Part shown: in pieces, positions 35,517 through 46,161 of the stretch
Position numbering within the stretch: position 1 is the first letter of the stretch
How the letters are laid out: each line of letters starts with the position of its first letter
Assembly (NCBI GenBank): GCA_010405405.1
Contig: MU004232.1
Coordinates: 2,313,481-2,377,480, forward strand
Reading direction: 5' to 3'
DNA length: 64,000 nucleotides
Source: Microthyrium microscopicum
Taxonomy: Eukaryota
Program-made: the position numbers and the translations under genes
Notes under the pieces: model-generated
Told to the model about the DNA's origin: nothing
Database searches by the model: none
The model's input: the letters and a program-made list of their open reading frames with translations, nothing else

Positions 35517-36243
35517 CTAGTAGTGACGTCCTAAGCGCCCAGTTAGCTCAATTGCGTTCTAAGGTTTCCTCGAATAGAAACTTGCCATTGTTGTAGTATG
35601 GGCGGTTCTCATAACGGTCATTTCGGCCGTTGTGGTTATAATCGCGATAGCCGTTGTAGCCATTGCCACGATAGCCTGGTTTTGTCAGCTGCGTTGATAA
35701 AGTGATGTGGAAGTATCATGAAGATATAATCCACTTGGAGGACCTACCATCACGGTGTTCAAAGCGGTCATTTCGGCCGTTGTGGTTATAATCACGATAT
35801 CCTAGAAGAAATATTAACATTGTTCAAAAGAACCGTGACAAAGTCCCAAGGACTAGAGAATGATATGTCTTACCGTTGTTGTATCGGTCTCCTCTGTACT
35901 CTCCACGGTATGGGCGGTCAGCCTTGAAATTTGTTAGTAAGTTTAGGATTAGACCATCTAGTTTCTTCGTGGTGAGACCTAAAACACCCTTGCATTCAGT
36001 GGGATCCATAGCACACGGTTGGGAACCCGTGCTATGGTAGCCATCGAGTGTTATGGGAGTTGTGATTGTTTTGGTCCCATTTGACAACGTCACGTAAGGT
36101 ACTCTAGCACGGGAATATCGTACCTCAGCAGCTGCGGTGGCTTCGGCAGCTGGAGCCGCAACACTTGCAGCGCTTGCTGGTGCTTGCTCAGCGGCAAAGG
36201 CAACTGATGCCAAGAAGGCGAGGATGACAGACTGGAATTGCAT
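35517..36243 (-). CDS. Small secreted Tyr/Arg/Gly/Asn-rich protein (~108 aa); exons 36243-36124, 35922-35874, 35801-35748, 35675-35586, 35530-35517
   Basis: Signal peptide MQFQSVILAFLASVAFA; TATATAAG ~100 bp upstream; four introns (the last GC-AG) give a continuous frame ending GRHY*. Confidence 0.82.
35923..36123 (-). mobile_element. Candidate introner-like element, copy A (201-nt intron)
   Basis: End-to-end similarity to the intron at 46693-46882; internal hairpin at 36006-36037. Confidence 0.7.
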
Positions 36244-38352
36244 TTTGAAGGTTGGAAAAGAGTGTTGATTGGAAGAAGGACTGTTTGAGTTTGGAAAGCT
36301 GGTGAGTTGATGGAAAGAAATCTAGAGAGCAGGAATCAGGGGCTTATATACCTAGGGAGCTCAGCTACTTCGTCAAGAAGGCAGCATGATACAATCCAGT
36401 ATCGTAAAGTCGAACTTTCTATTTTCGTAGCTTGTCAATACCGAGCTCAGATTGTATTCGGGAAGCCATTGACCAGTTCATGATCATTGCTTTCTGTCTG
36501 ACGTGCCATGAATTCCGTTCTTGTTCAAGTGTGGTCAGATCATGGTTCTCAGAGCAACCCTCTTTGGTCTAGACACTACGAACTAAATGGTAAGCATATA
36601 TTAAATTTCTAGGGATAGCATACATGCGTTCATGCATTTATAGCACTGGTTCGTCAGTGATGTTCGTTGTCTCTGCCAATGGGAAAAATAGCCTAAATTA
36701 AAGATCCATATGTAGCTTTTCCTATGGAGGTATTTGTTCACTATCTCAAAGGATGGGTACGGACGGAAAGCAACGCTATCGGCATGGTTCATTCTTATGA
36801 GCGGTGTAGATGTGTTAATGCTAACATCGGCGGTAACAATTTTAATTGAGACCCCAATGTGTAAGGAACGTGCTCATCTTGTTAGGATGGTATCACGTAT
36901 TCTGTCGATTCTAGGCGCCGTATGGCTTTTGTTGTCGTACGTCGTCGCCACTTGTGGCATCCGTTTCTCCGTGAGGTTATTGCCTTCAAGTCAAGGTCTG
37001 ATATATGAAATGATGAAATAAATTTGCTCTTCGGCGTCATGGCTCATTTGAGTGCCGGGGCAGGCTCATTTCTTCTTCGTATCATGTGGAAAATGACGTG
37101 AAAAGAAAACTCCCATTATGCTCCTCTGCCGCATGCGCATCATCACTGACTTATATACACTCAAAATTCTTCGATTCTACTATTGGATTGAACCATTGCT
37201 GAGATAACTGATAAGAGCAGCCAGGATAACTATCTCTTCTTCTTGGCGCCGAGTACAATTTTGCGCGGTTGGGAGGTAGAGTAACCAGTGTTGACAGAAG
37301 TTTGGGCATTGATCACTTGGGAATCGGTTGAAAGCAATATAACGTTGCCCCGTTGACCGAGAACCGGGGATTCTGGACCCAAATCGACCAGTTTTAGTAT
37401 CAGTGAACCATGGATCATAGCCCGAATATGGGTAGAAGGGCAATCTAAATTGAGCTAATAATGGCAGGTGGCCAGCGTGGGAGTCGCACAACCCTGATTT
37501 TTCCGTCTATCTTCTCGCTTGAAGAGATAAGGAGAACGGAGTCGGAATCCAAATATTCCTGAAATCAAGATAGCAAGATGAGAAGTCCGCCCGATTGCTA
37601 CATCAGAGCCGATATATTGCTCTGAAAAATGCCTGGATCGCTTCATCAATTGAGATATCAAAGCTTCACCATTGATATGCGCTTATCTGTTGCCGCCCCC
37701 ATGAAGCCAAGAATAATTGATTGTGGCCAAACTTGGGTATAGACTGTAGCGTTTACGCCAAAGAATAGTTGTATTGTGTCAATATGTGGCCGGAGAAATT
37801 GACTACCGCAGAGAGAATATGTAACATACTGTTAAGTTCTTCAGACAAGTTGCCATAACAAAGGCACAGTAGGAAGGTTAATGAATAAATGGTTGGTTAC
37901 TTTATTTCGACAGTCATTAACGGAGTCAGACTTTGCCCATAGGAAAGGAAGCCACTGGCAACGTCTAGTTTAAAAAGAGCAAAGAACTGAGACGGAAGTG
38001 AGGAAACGCATGGAACCATATATATCCAGACGTACCTGACCCAAGAACCCGTCTAGCACACTTCCAAGCTATTCAAAGACCTTGGTTCCAGCCAGCACCC
38101 AGAGCTTGTACGATTTGACCCTTGCATAAACGGAGGGCGGTCTGGACGGACCAACAACTTTATAGCCAACCTGAAGCTTTTACGTATAGCACTCGGTGCA
38201 ATATATGAAGACAGCAAAGTTCATTGAAACAAGAACTTCTTTTGGAAATGTACCGAGGTAGCTTACAGATATCCGCCTAATCACTGCATTACCATAGTAA
38301 ACTGCCGCACTGTAGGACTCAGACTAATAGCAAAAACCTACTCTGCTATGAT

Positions 38353-39442
38353 TTAAGTATTGTCTAGCACTACTTTGAGGTCGTCACCGAAACCTGTCTT
38401 CCATGCGGCCTTTCCTCTTGATGGCTTCCAATCTAAGCCTCTAGCAACATTCGAGACAGTGCGTGCGTTACTAGATAGACCCAATTCCACGATACCTTCA
38501 TCGGCAACCCCAAGCTTAAAGAAAGCAGCTTTGTGGCCTCAGATAGGCTCAAGCTTTCTATCTTCTTGGATGCGACTTTGTTCTCTTCCCGTGTAGCATA
38601 CATCAGCCACACCCTGCGCCACCTCCATCCAAGAGTGAGAACCATTTTCACTGAAAATGATCCCATTTTTGCTTTAGGCAATGCTCTACCTCGGTTCTGT
38701 ATAATCTCCCGCACGACGACTATTTTATACAAATCTGCCAGGTCCTCGACGTGGACCTAATTCCTGACACCACTGCCGTCTCCGACCACAACGTCGCGAC
38801 CATGCTTTAGCACAGGCTGTATGTAAGCCGGGATTTGCTGACTGACGCGGTTGAAAAGTCTAGTCCCAATGCCAAACACGTTTGGACTCATGATTACGAG
38901 TATGTTGACGCTAAGTTCTAGTCCAGTATCCACGACTCCCATTTGCACGCTTCGTAGTGGATATGGATGCACTGCATCACGTTCCTGCTCATAGCCATAA
39001 ATGTCGCCCTTGTCATTGTCAAATATGCGTTTTGGTTTTACCCACTTGCCAGAGATATGCTGGTCGGCTAGGATCGAAATGCCGGATGAATGAATATACC
39101 CCACTTCTTGGCTAGTGGTAGCTTTGCCTTGCGCCAGATCTCGAAGAAGAGCTTGCGCTGGAGCCGCGTGCAATCTGTGGGTTGTGCTTATTACTATAGC
39201 GTGCTGAGACGCGGCTGCTGTAGTTACTTTCAGATCGTCAAGATCTTTGTAGAACATTGATTGCACGCGGTCTTCATATGTTGAGGTGATTCTGCCAGCT
39301 CGATCGTGGCCACGAACGAGGCAGGTGATGATAGCATGGCTAAGTGCTGAAGGTGGGATTTGAGAAGTCAAGTAAGCATCGTACCGCCAATGAAGCCTGT
39401 TGACCCAGTCAACAGCATGCGAGGAGCCTCAACGGAAGATAT
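38353..39442 (-). pseudogene. NAD(P)-binding Rossmann/epimerase-like pseudogene
   Basis: LLTGSTGFIGG followed by in-frame TGA (39370-39368); frameshifts; TAG at 38759-38757 just before VHVEDLADLY; probable start decayed to ATA. Confidence 0.82.
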
Positions 39443-39811
39443 GAGCTTGATTGAGAGACAATAACATGTAATTTAGAGTCAAGGATACTTGGAAGTATTG
39501 CCAGTAAAAGTAAAAGATCGAGGTCACATATGTGCTTATGGTTTTGCGTTGGCCAGTCTTGCCAGGGGACACTTTTTAGAGTGGATGAATAAGCCCGAGA
39601 AGAAGCAGAAAGAACATAAAATTAAAACTCTACACATTCACTGCCAGTAACCGTTGAAGTTTTTGAGCCCTTTGGCATGCAGACATAAGGCTGAATATCT
39701 CAGCCTTGCGCTTAGATTGGTCGGTGCTTTTAACCAATCAGGCTCCTGGAACTGCAGGTCGCCCCGCGCACCAAAAATCTGTTTGCTTGCCAGAGATGAA
39801 TTGAGTCACCA

Positions 39812-41242
39812 ATGTCTGCCCGCTCTCGTTTACTTCAGCTTTCGCGTTTTAGCCGTTACAATTCCAACTCTACTAGATCCACTTACCATATCGCCCGTCC
39901 TTCTCGTTTGCTTCTTCAGTCTTCGCCTATAGTGCTGCTACGTCGCAACATGGCTACCGCGTCGCTAAGCCAGCAAGCTCAAGATCTCATCAAATCCTCC
40001 TTCCCTAGTGCATCAGTAGCCCCAGCCGATGGCGCCTCTGCTGTGTCCGCCTCCATCTATCCCCAAGTAACCTACACAGACGCCGAGAAGAAGGAGATTG
40101 AGCAATGGACAAATCTCAGTCCCCAGCTTCAACCAGGAGCTGACGTACTCAATGTGCTCAACAACCATCTCTCAACCCGCACAACTATTCTAGGCACAAA
40201 ACCTTCGGTCGCAGATATTGCTGTATACACCCAGCTAGCTCCTTATGTGAAGAACTGGTCTGCTGAGGAGCGGTCTGGCGAAAAGGGCTACCATCACGTT
40301 GTGCGCCACGTTGATTTCGTTCAGAATGCGGCTGTATTTTTGCTCAACATCAAGGATGCGGACAAGATCGATATTGATCCTTCTGAGGTGACATTCGTTA
40401 TACCACCAATCGACGCCAAGGCTGAGAAGGAGCGGAAGAAGAAAGAGAAGGAAGCTGCAGCTGCAGCTGCTGGAGCTCCTGCTACCGAAGTTGAAGACAA
40501 AAAGAGCACAAAAGAGAAAGTCAAGGAGAAGGTCGAAGGCGCTGCTGGAGCCGTTGCTGGAGCTATACCTGGCACTACAGAGCACAAGAAGAAAGAAAAG
40601 AAGGCAAAAGCACCAAAGCAACCTGCACCACCTCCCAAGGAGAAACCACTCACTCCAGCTCAAATTGACTTGCGCGTGGGCCACATTCTCAAAGCTATTC
40701 AACATCCCAACGCTGATAGTCTCTACGTCAGCACAATTGCAATGGGCGATGCACCAGGCACAGATAACACGTCTGAATACGAAGGCAAGATCGTGCGGAC
40801 AGTCTGTTCAGGTCTTAATGGCTTAGTGCCACTAGAGGAGATGCAAGGTCGTAAGATTGTTACAGTCTGCAACCTAAAACCTGTGACAATGCGAGGCATC
40901 AAGTCGGCCGCCATGGTGCTTGCAGCATCGCCACGAGCCAAAGAAGGCGAGGATGATCATAAGGGTCCAGTGGAGCTCGTCAACCCCCCAGCAGACGCCG
41001 AGGCTGGCGAACGTGTATACTTTGAAGGTTGGGAGGGCGAGCCAGAACCAGTGCTTAACCCCAAGAAGAAGATATGGGAGTCGGTTCAACCAGGCTTCAC
41101 AACAACAGACGATCTTGAAGTGGGCTTCAATGTGGATGATGTTCCACAGCTAAAGGAGTCTGGCAAGACGGGAATTGGAAAGCTGAGAACAAAGCAGGGC
41201 TTATGTACTGTGAAGACGCTGAAGGGTGCCACTGTGCGATAA
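39812..41242 (+). CDS. ARC1: Aminoacyl-tRNA synthetase cofactor Arc1 (GST-like N-domain, Lys-rich linker, OB-fold tRNA-binding domain); second in-frame ATG at 39950
   Basis: IDLRVGHI, HPNADSLYVS, RTVCSGL, CNLKPVTMRGIKSAAMVLAAS, LNPKKKIWE. Confidence 0.92.
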   Translation: MSARSRLLQLSRFSRYNSNSTRSTYHIARPSRLLLQSSPIVLLRRNMATASLSQQAQDLIKSSFPSASVAPADGASAVSASIYPQVTYTDAEKKEIEQWTNLSPQLQPGADVLNVLNNHLSTRTTILGTKPSVADIAVYTQLAPYVKNWSAEERSGEKGYHHVVRHVDFVQNAAVFLLNIKDADKIDIDPSEVTFVIPPIDAKAEKERKKKEKEAAAAAAGAPATEVEDKKSTKEKVKEKVEGAAGAVAGAIPGTTEHKKKEKKAKAPKQPAPPPKEKPLTPAQIDLRVGHILKAIQHPNADSLYVSTIAMGDAPGTDNTSEYEGKIVRTVCSGLNGLVPLEEMQGRKIVTVCNLKPVTMRGIKSAAMVLAASPRAKEGEDDHKGPVELVNPPADAEAGERVYFEGWEGEPEPVLNPKKKIWESVQPGFTTTDDLEVGFNVDDVPQLKESGKTGIGKLRTKQGLCTVKTLKGATVR

Positions 41243-41814
41243 GGCTGGCGTATCGCGGGCAGTCCAAATAATGCTCAGGTTGTCATTGACTGGTTGTCTT
41301 CAGACGTGAGACACGATATACAGTTCATAGTGAGTGGAAATTCGCATAAAGCATACATTGACCACTACATGCAGAGCCGTTTTACTTCATCTGGAATTGT
41401 TAAATTGTGCCACTAGATCAGTGTGATTGCTCAATTCTAGGTAATATAAAGAGTCAGAGGTACCTTAAAGGCCGAGCGGGGTTACCCTGGTATGGAGCTT
41501 GAGGGCATCAACTTCACTTGTTTGCTTGGGACTGACCTCCAGCCTAACCACTAGCTACACAACCTTTGTGTCATTTTGGTACGCTTTAAAGCGCACCTTC
41601 AACCAACATTTGATCTCGTTGTGATGACTCTAAATTCACTGCTGCTGAGCATTTCATCCACGACCTTTCAACTGGAGGGCAATGCTCTACGCCAAAGCAA
41701 CCCCAATAGCATTCGCCACTGACTGACTTCGAGGAACACGTTCCTCCTCAAAAGCTGAGGATATCAGCTTGATCAGAGCTGTCGTGCCGAAATTCGTTAG
41801 TCCGTACCTTCGCC

Positions 41815-44109
41815 ATGGCTAATCACTACGACTATTTTCGTAATTCTTCCTGGCGGGACATTCTGCGTCCAATACGCGATGGCCTTGACAATATAAGAGA
41901 ACGAATCCCTGACCTTCGTCCATATGACCCAACTGAGGACAACTTGAGAAAACGCAAGCGCCAGGATGACGCTCTCCAAGGCTTTGCCTACATAGAGTCA
42001 TTTGACGATCTTCTCTCTTGGAGACCAGAACATGCGGATCCCATTCAGAAAAGCAGCACTCCACTACTACAGCGCACTGCATCTCTGAACCCTACGAAGG
42101 ACCAGCCTCCAGGAGCGAAGGTACTTGTTTGTCACGACTGTAGCGGCGGCTATCATCCATACGAGGCAGTAGTACTCAATCAAATTGAACATGAAGATTT
42201 CTCCCTGGAATATCTGCAGTTTGTAGAGACCTTCGTTTACTTTTCCCACCGGCTGGTCACAATCCCCCCTCCCAGCTGGACTAACACATTACATCTAAAT
42301 GGAGTTCTGTCGCTTGGCACCTTCATCGTGGAGCCAGGTACAAAGCGCGCCGAAGAGATATTCCATTATACGACCAACTCGGACAGCACCAAATATTTTC
42401 CCGTTGCAGAACAGTTAGCAGCTATTGCTGAAGCTTATGGCTTTGATGGATGGCTCATCAACATTGAAAAGACATTTACGCAGAACTCATGGGACCTTGA
42501 TGCTATGATAGGCTTCCTCAAGGCCTTGCGAGGCAAGATGGGCCCAACTCGAAAGCTAGTATGGTATGACTCTTTAACCGTGGGCGGAAGAGTACGATAT
42601 CAAAATGCTTTGACGTACTCGAATTTACCTTTCTTCGAGACATGTGGCAACATCCTCACCAACTATGCGTGGGAACCCTCCATGATCGAGATGTCCAAAG
42701 CTGTGGCTAAGAACAGTGGCGTGTCTGTGGCCAACATCTACTTTGGTGTGGATGTATGGGCCCAAAACAAGCCAGTGGATAAATACCATCCTCGTGTCAG
42801 CTTTCCTCAGAATAGAGGAGGAGGAGGTACTAACACTGGCGTTGCAGTCAGTGAGTGTCGCAATCAAGGCGTCAGTTCTGGTATCTTTGCTCCAGCTTGG
42901 GCATATGAACACTTCAAGTTGCCCGAAGATGGTCCTACGGTCTCTCGTTGTATGTGGGAAGGAGAACCTCTACCAAAAGAAGTCGAATGCGAATGCTATG
43001 GTGGTAGACCAAATGCAGCAATGTGCCACTTTACGCATCGAACAGATGCTTCCATCACAAGATCGGCTCTGGAATATCCTGCTGGTTCCGAAGACTTCTT
43101 CTGGACCGACTTTTGCAAAGCTTTCAGCCAACGGACAATACGCCCAGACTCAAGCTCGGCAAGAACTGAAATTAACGCCCACCTAGGATCTCAGAGCGTA
43201 CTCCCACGGCAATGGCGCGCCAAAAACGAATGGCGACATCGCCAGCTTACGATGAAACTGATAGGACACAATCCATCTCGAGCAGTGATCGGTCTTCCCA
43301 GGTCTGATAACGTCACCGAGACCATTAACCGAATGGAGCTCTTCGCCTTGCGCCTGCGAATACCGCACAAGAAGGAGCATAAACAACTTCAAATCACCAT
43401 CCACTACAATATTTGCCAACTTGGTCATCGAGTCAATCTTATAATTCACAAATCAAATGGCGAATCACCCATCACCCAAACCCTTCCCAGCGATCAGGAA
43501 TCCACCACCATCGTACTCATAGGTGGCCCGCCACACTCCAATAACGACGAACAAGAATACGTCACTAGTATTGGCATTGCAACTCAAGGTGGCCACCAGT
43601 CGATCACCTTCCCCCCCTCACAAGGCCCACGTCTTAATCCAGAGCCGATCGTAGAAATCACCAATATCCGCGCCTGCCACACCACCACTGAGCCCGACGA
43701 CGGTGAAACCGTCGATATCTGTCTTGACGACGATGACTCCCCACCAAAAGCCCTCTCCATCCAAATTCAAAATGTTCCAGAAACACCATACATGTCCCAG
43801 CACATCCGTGTATCATGGGAGCTGAATAATACTGCACTCAACGGCCCAGATGATGGACTACTTGTTCCTCGATCGAAACTCACTGGCCAGATGGCGTATT
43901 TCAATGTCTGGATTGACGATGAGTTTCTGACTCGGGTTTATGGCTTGGAGATGGTGCTGCCTAGAGGCTATATTGAGCGGTGGCAGTCGTATAAAGGGAT
44001 CAGAGTGCGAGTAGATTGTGTAAGATTTGGTGGGGAGGTTTGGGAGGGAAGCTGGTTTGCGTTGACGGCGGCGGATGCGGAGTGGGTTGTTGTCGACGGT
44101 GATGTTTAG
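41815..44109 (+). CDS. GH85 cytosolic endo-beta-N-acetylglucosaminidase (764 aa)
   Basis: LVCHD, FVYFSH, PPPSWTN, GFDGWLINIE (catalytic N-x-E), WYDS, NYAW, GVDVW, FAPAWAYE. Confidence 0.92.
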   Translation: MANHYDYFRNSSWRDILRPIRDGLDNIRERIPDLRPYDPTEDNLRKRKRQDDALQGFAYIESFDDLLSWRPEHADPIQKSSTPLLQRTASLNPTKDQPPGAKVLVCHDCSGGYHPYEAVVLNQIEHEDFSLEYLQFVETFVYFSHRLVTIPPPSWTNTLHLNGVLSLGTFIVEPGTKRAEEIFHYTTNSDSTKYFPVAEQLAAIAEAYGFDGWLINIEKTFTQNSWDLDAMIGFLKALRGKMGPTRKLVWYDSLTVGGRVRYQNALTYSNLPFFETCGNILTNYAWEPSMIEMSKAVAKNSGVSVANIYFGVDVWAQNKPVDKYHPRVSFPQNRGGGGTNTGVAVSECRNQGVSSGIFAPAWAYEHFKLPEDGPTVSRCMWEGEPLPKEVECECYGGRPNAAMCHFTHRTDASITRSALEYPAGSEDFFWTDFCKAFSQRTIRPDSSSARTEINAHLGSQSVLPRQWRAKNEWRHRQLTMKLIGHNPSRAVIGLPRSDNVTETINRMELFALRLRIPHKKEHKQLQITIHYNICQLGHRVNLIIHKSNGESPITQTLPSDQESTTIVLIGGPPHSNNDEQEYVTSIGIATQGGHQSITFPPSQGPRLNPEPIVEITNIRACHTTTEPDDGETVDICLDDDDSPPKALSIQIQNVPETPYMSQHIRVSWELNNTALNGPDDGLLVPRSKLTGQMAYFNVWIDDEFLTRVYGLEMVLPRGYIERWQSYKGIRVRVDCVRFGGEVWEGSWFALTAADAEWVVVDGDV

Positions 44110-44322
44110 ATGGAATCATTGCGGTCTGTCAGCATGGTTCTATTTCGGGCTATGAGCCGGGATACCGGTGCCCATATCCATGAGTGATATGGTTTCTACT
44201 GAATCTTGAGCCTATTGAAGTAGTTGTCAAAGTCAACTTTCAAATCTGTTCATGTTCATTGCTGATATCGGTCGTTGAGTCTTTGAGAGCTACTAACGAG
44301 CAACCTAGAGTAGAAACTACTT

Positions 44323-44725
44323 CCTTTTCAAGGATAAGATAAGTGAGCCGTTTTCGACTACTACTCCCATCGGCTACGATAGCTGCCATAACACTTCTTA
44401 CAGAGCGATTGCTTTAAATCCCATCGGCATCGAAGAACTTACATCAGATTATCGAATACGATGGCTGCCATAACACTTCTCAAAGTGTGATTGCTTTATT
44501 TGCCATCAGCGTTGAAGAATTTGCATCAGATTATCGAATTTGATCGCTGCCATAACACTTCTTGAAGAGCGACTGCTTTAATTCCCATTGGCGTCAAAGA
44601 ACTTATATCAGATTATTGAGTAAGACGGTAAATCAATGCAGTCACTCTTTAAGAAGTGCTATGTCAGCCATCGTAATCGATGGGAACTTCATCCAAACGG
44701 GTCACTTATTTTGTCCCTGGCGAGA
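44323..44725. mobile_element. MITE copy 1 (~400 bp) with an internal 82-bp triplication
   Basis: Left GGATAAGATAAGTGAGCCGTTT, right AAACGGGTCACTTATTTTGTCC; internal units at 44378, 44460 and 44542; homologous to 46351-46582. Exact ends approximate. Confidence 0.82.
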
Positions 44726-44948
44726 CTGCTTTAGGAAGGAAGGACTCTGGGGAGGGAAGGGACGCCTCGAGAAATCACAGGTCTTCCCACAAACTTCAAG
44801 GCTGGAATTGAACCTTCATCTCTCCAACCTTCACTCTCCATACTTCAACTTCCATCATTTAGCCTCCAGCCTCCAGCCTTCAACCATCCGGTATCTTCAG
44901 TTCTACATTCATTGCCCGCAGCAAATCGCTGCCTAATCAAGCGCAACA

Positions 44949-46067
44949 ATGTCACAGGAAGCGCCTCCACCAAAGCGTCGAATTACAGGCTACCACTCTG
45001 AGGCTCCATACTCTTTTAACGACTCTCAGGTCGACGATATCGTTCGCGTCTGCAGCTACCACCGGCGAGACCACGACTACTCCGTCATCTGGTTTCATCC
45101 TAGCACACACACGCCAGTAGGAAATCTATGCGACTGCAAGCCCCGCGAATCCAACTTTACACTTGGAACCATCGAGAAGCTACCAGTAGAGTTGATTCAG
45201 CAAATTGTCCTAGGCCTAGACATTGAGAGTCTATTTCGTTTCCGCCAAACTTGCTCCAGAGCCCGAGAACTTATCGACAATCTACACGAATATCGCGCAA
45301 TAACGAGTCACGCCCTCAACACATTTCTTGCGCTCCTACGAACCGAATCAGCATCGCAGGTCTCGTTGTTGCGGTTCTATCAGCTTCTTTGCTTTAATGA
45401 GTGTGCATTCTGCCCATCTTTTGGCAATTTCGTTCATCTACTACGCTGGTGTCGCTGTTGCTATGATTGCCTCATCCTGTCAGGCTATGTGACAGCTCTC
45501 CCTTCCAACCTTCAGAACATTCCAATACGCAGTCTTCCGTATCTCGAAACTCTTCCTGGGCTGTACTCCACAAACTTGCTCGAAGAGAATCCCTACACAG
45601 AACGAACCTTGCTTGCGACACCTGAAAATATTGCGACAGCTTATCAGCAACAAAATGCTGAAGAAGATGTAATTGGCGGAAGACTGGAGTGGCCAAAGGA
45701 GAAACGTGTATGGCGCTTCATGGCTTGCTGTGCGATACTGTCCTTTGACCCAAAAACGAACAAAGTCGAGAGCGGCATATCTTGCTCCGGATGTGAACTT
45801 GCCTTTGACGAAGGCCATTTCTCTGACGATAAAGACCAAGACGAAGAAGAACTTGCACAGGAAGTTGTTGGGTATTGCAATAAAGTATATTCAACCACGT
45901 CGTACTTGGAGCATTTTGCTTGGTGCCATCACGCCCAAGCTCTATGGATCGCAAGCAGCAGCGAATCCGTTCGGCCTGCCAATCTTCCTCAAATGTGTCA
46001 AGATGGCGGCTTTTTGAGGGCAAGAGATCAGGATTTCTGGGTTTCGGCTGTTCCTTATAAATTTTGA
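44949..46067 (+). CDS. F-box domain protein with Cys-rich motifs (372 aa, intronless)
   Basis: LGTIEKLPVELIQQIVLGLDIESLFRFRQTC F-box; CxxC...RCCYDC; ISCSGC...LEHFAWC. Confidence 0.85.
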   Translation: MSQEAPPPKRRITGYHSEAPYSFNDSQVDDIVRVCSYHRRDHDYSVIWFHPSTHTPVGNLCDCKPRESNFTLGTIEKLPVELIQQIVLGLDIESLFRFRQTCSRARELIDNLHEYRAITSHALNTFLALLRTESASQVSLLRFYQLLCFNECAFCPSFGNFVHLLRWCRCCYDCLILSGYVTALPSNLQNIPIRSLPYLETLPGLYSTNLLEENPYTERTLLATPENIATAYQQQNAEEDVIGGRLEWPKEKRVWRFMACCAILSFDPKTNKVESGISCSGCELAFDEGHFSDDKDQDEEELAQEVVGYCNKVYSTTSYLEHFAWCHHAQALWIASSSESVRPANLPQMCQDGGFLRARDQDFWVSAVPYKF

Positions 46068-46161
46068 TACCTCTTAAGGCCCTCGATGTCTCATTGCCGC
46101 GCTCATCCTGTATCCATCGGCAAGATCTACCAAAAGCCTAAAGAGTTCTCCGTAGATAGAC

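Noticed and set aside
39812..41242. ARC1 as part of the biotin cluster (yeast Arc1 is biotinylated)
   Set aside because: Only proximity (~5 kb, with intervening loci); no shared motif seen.
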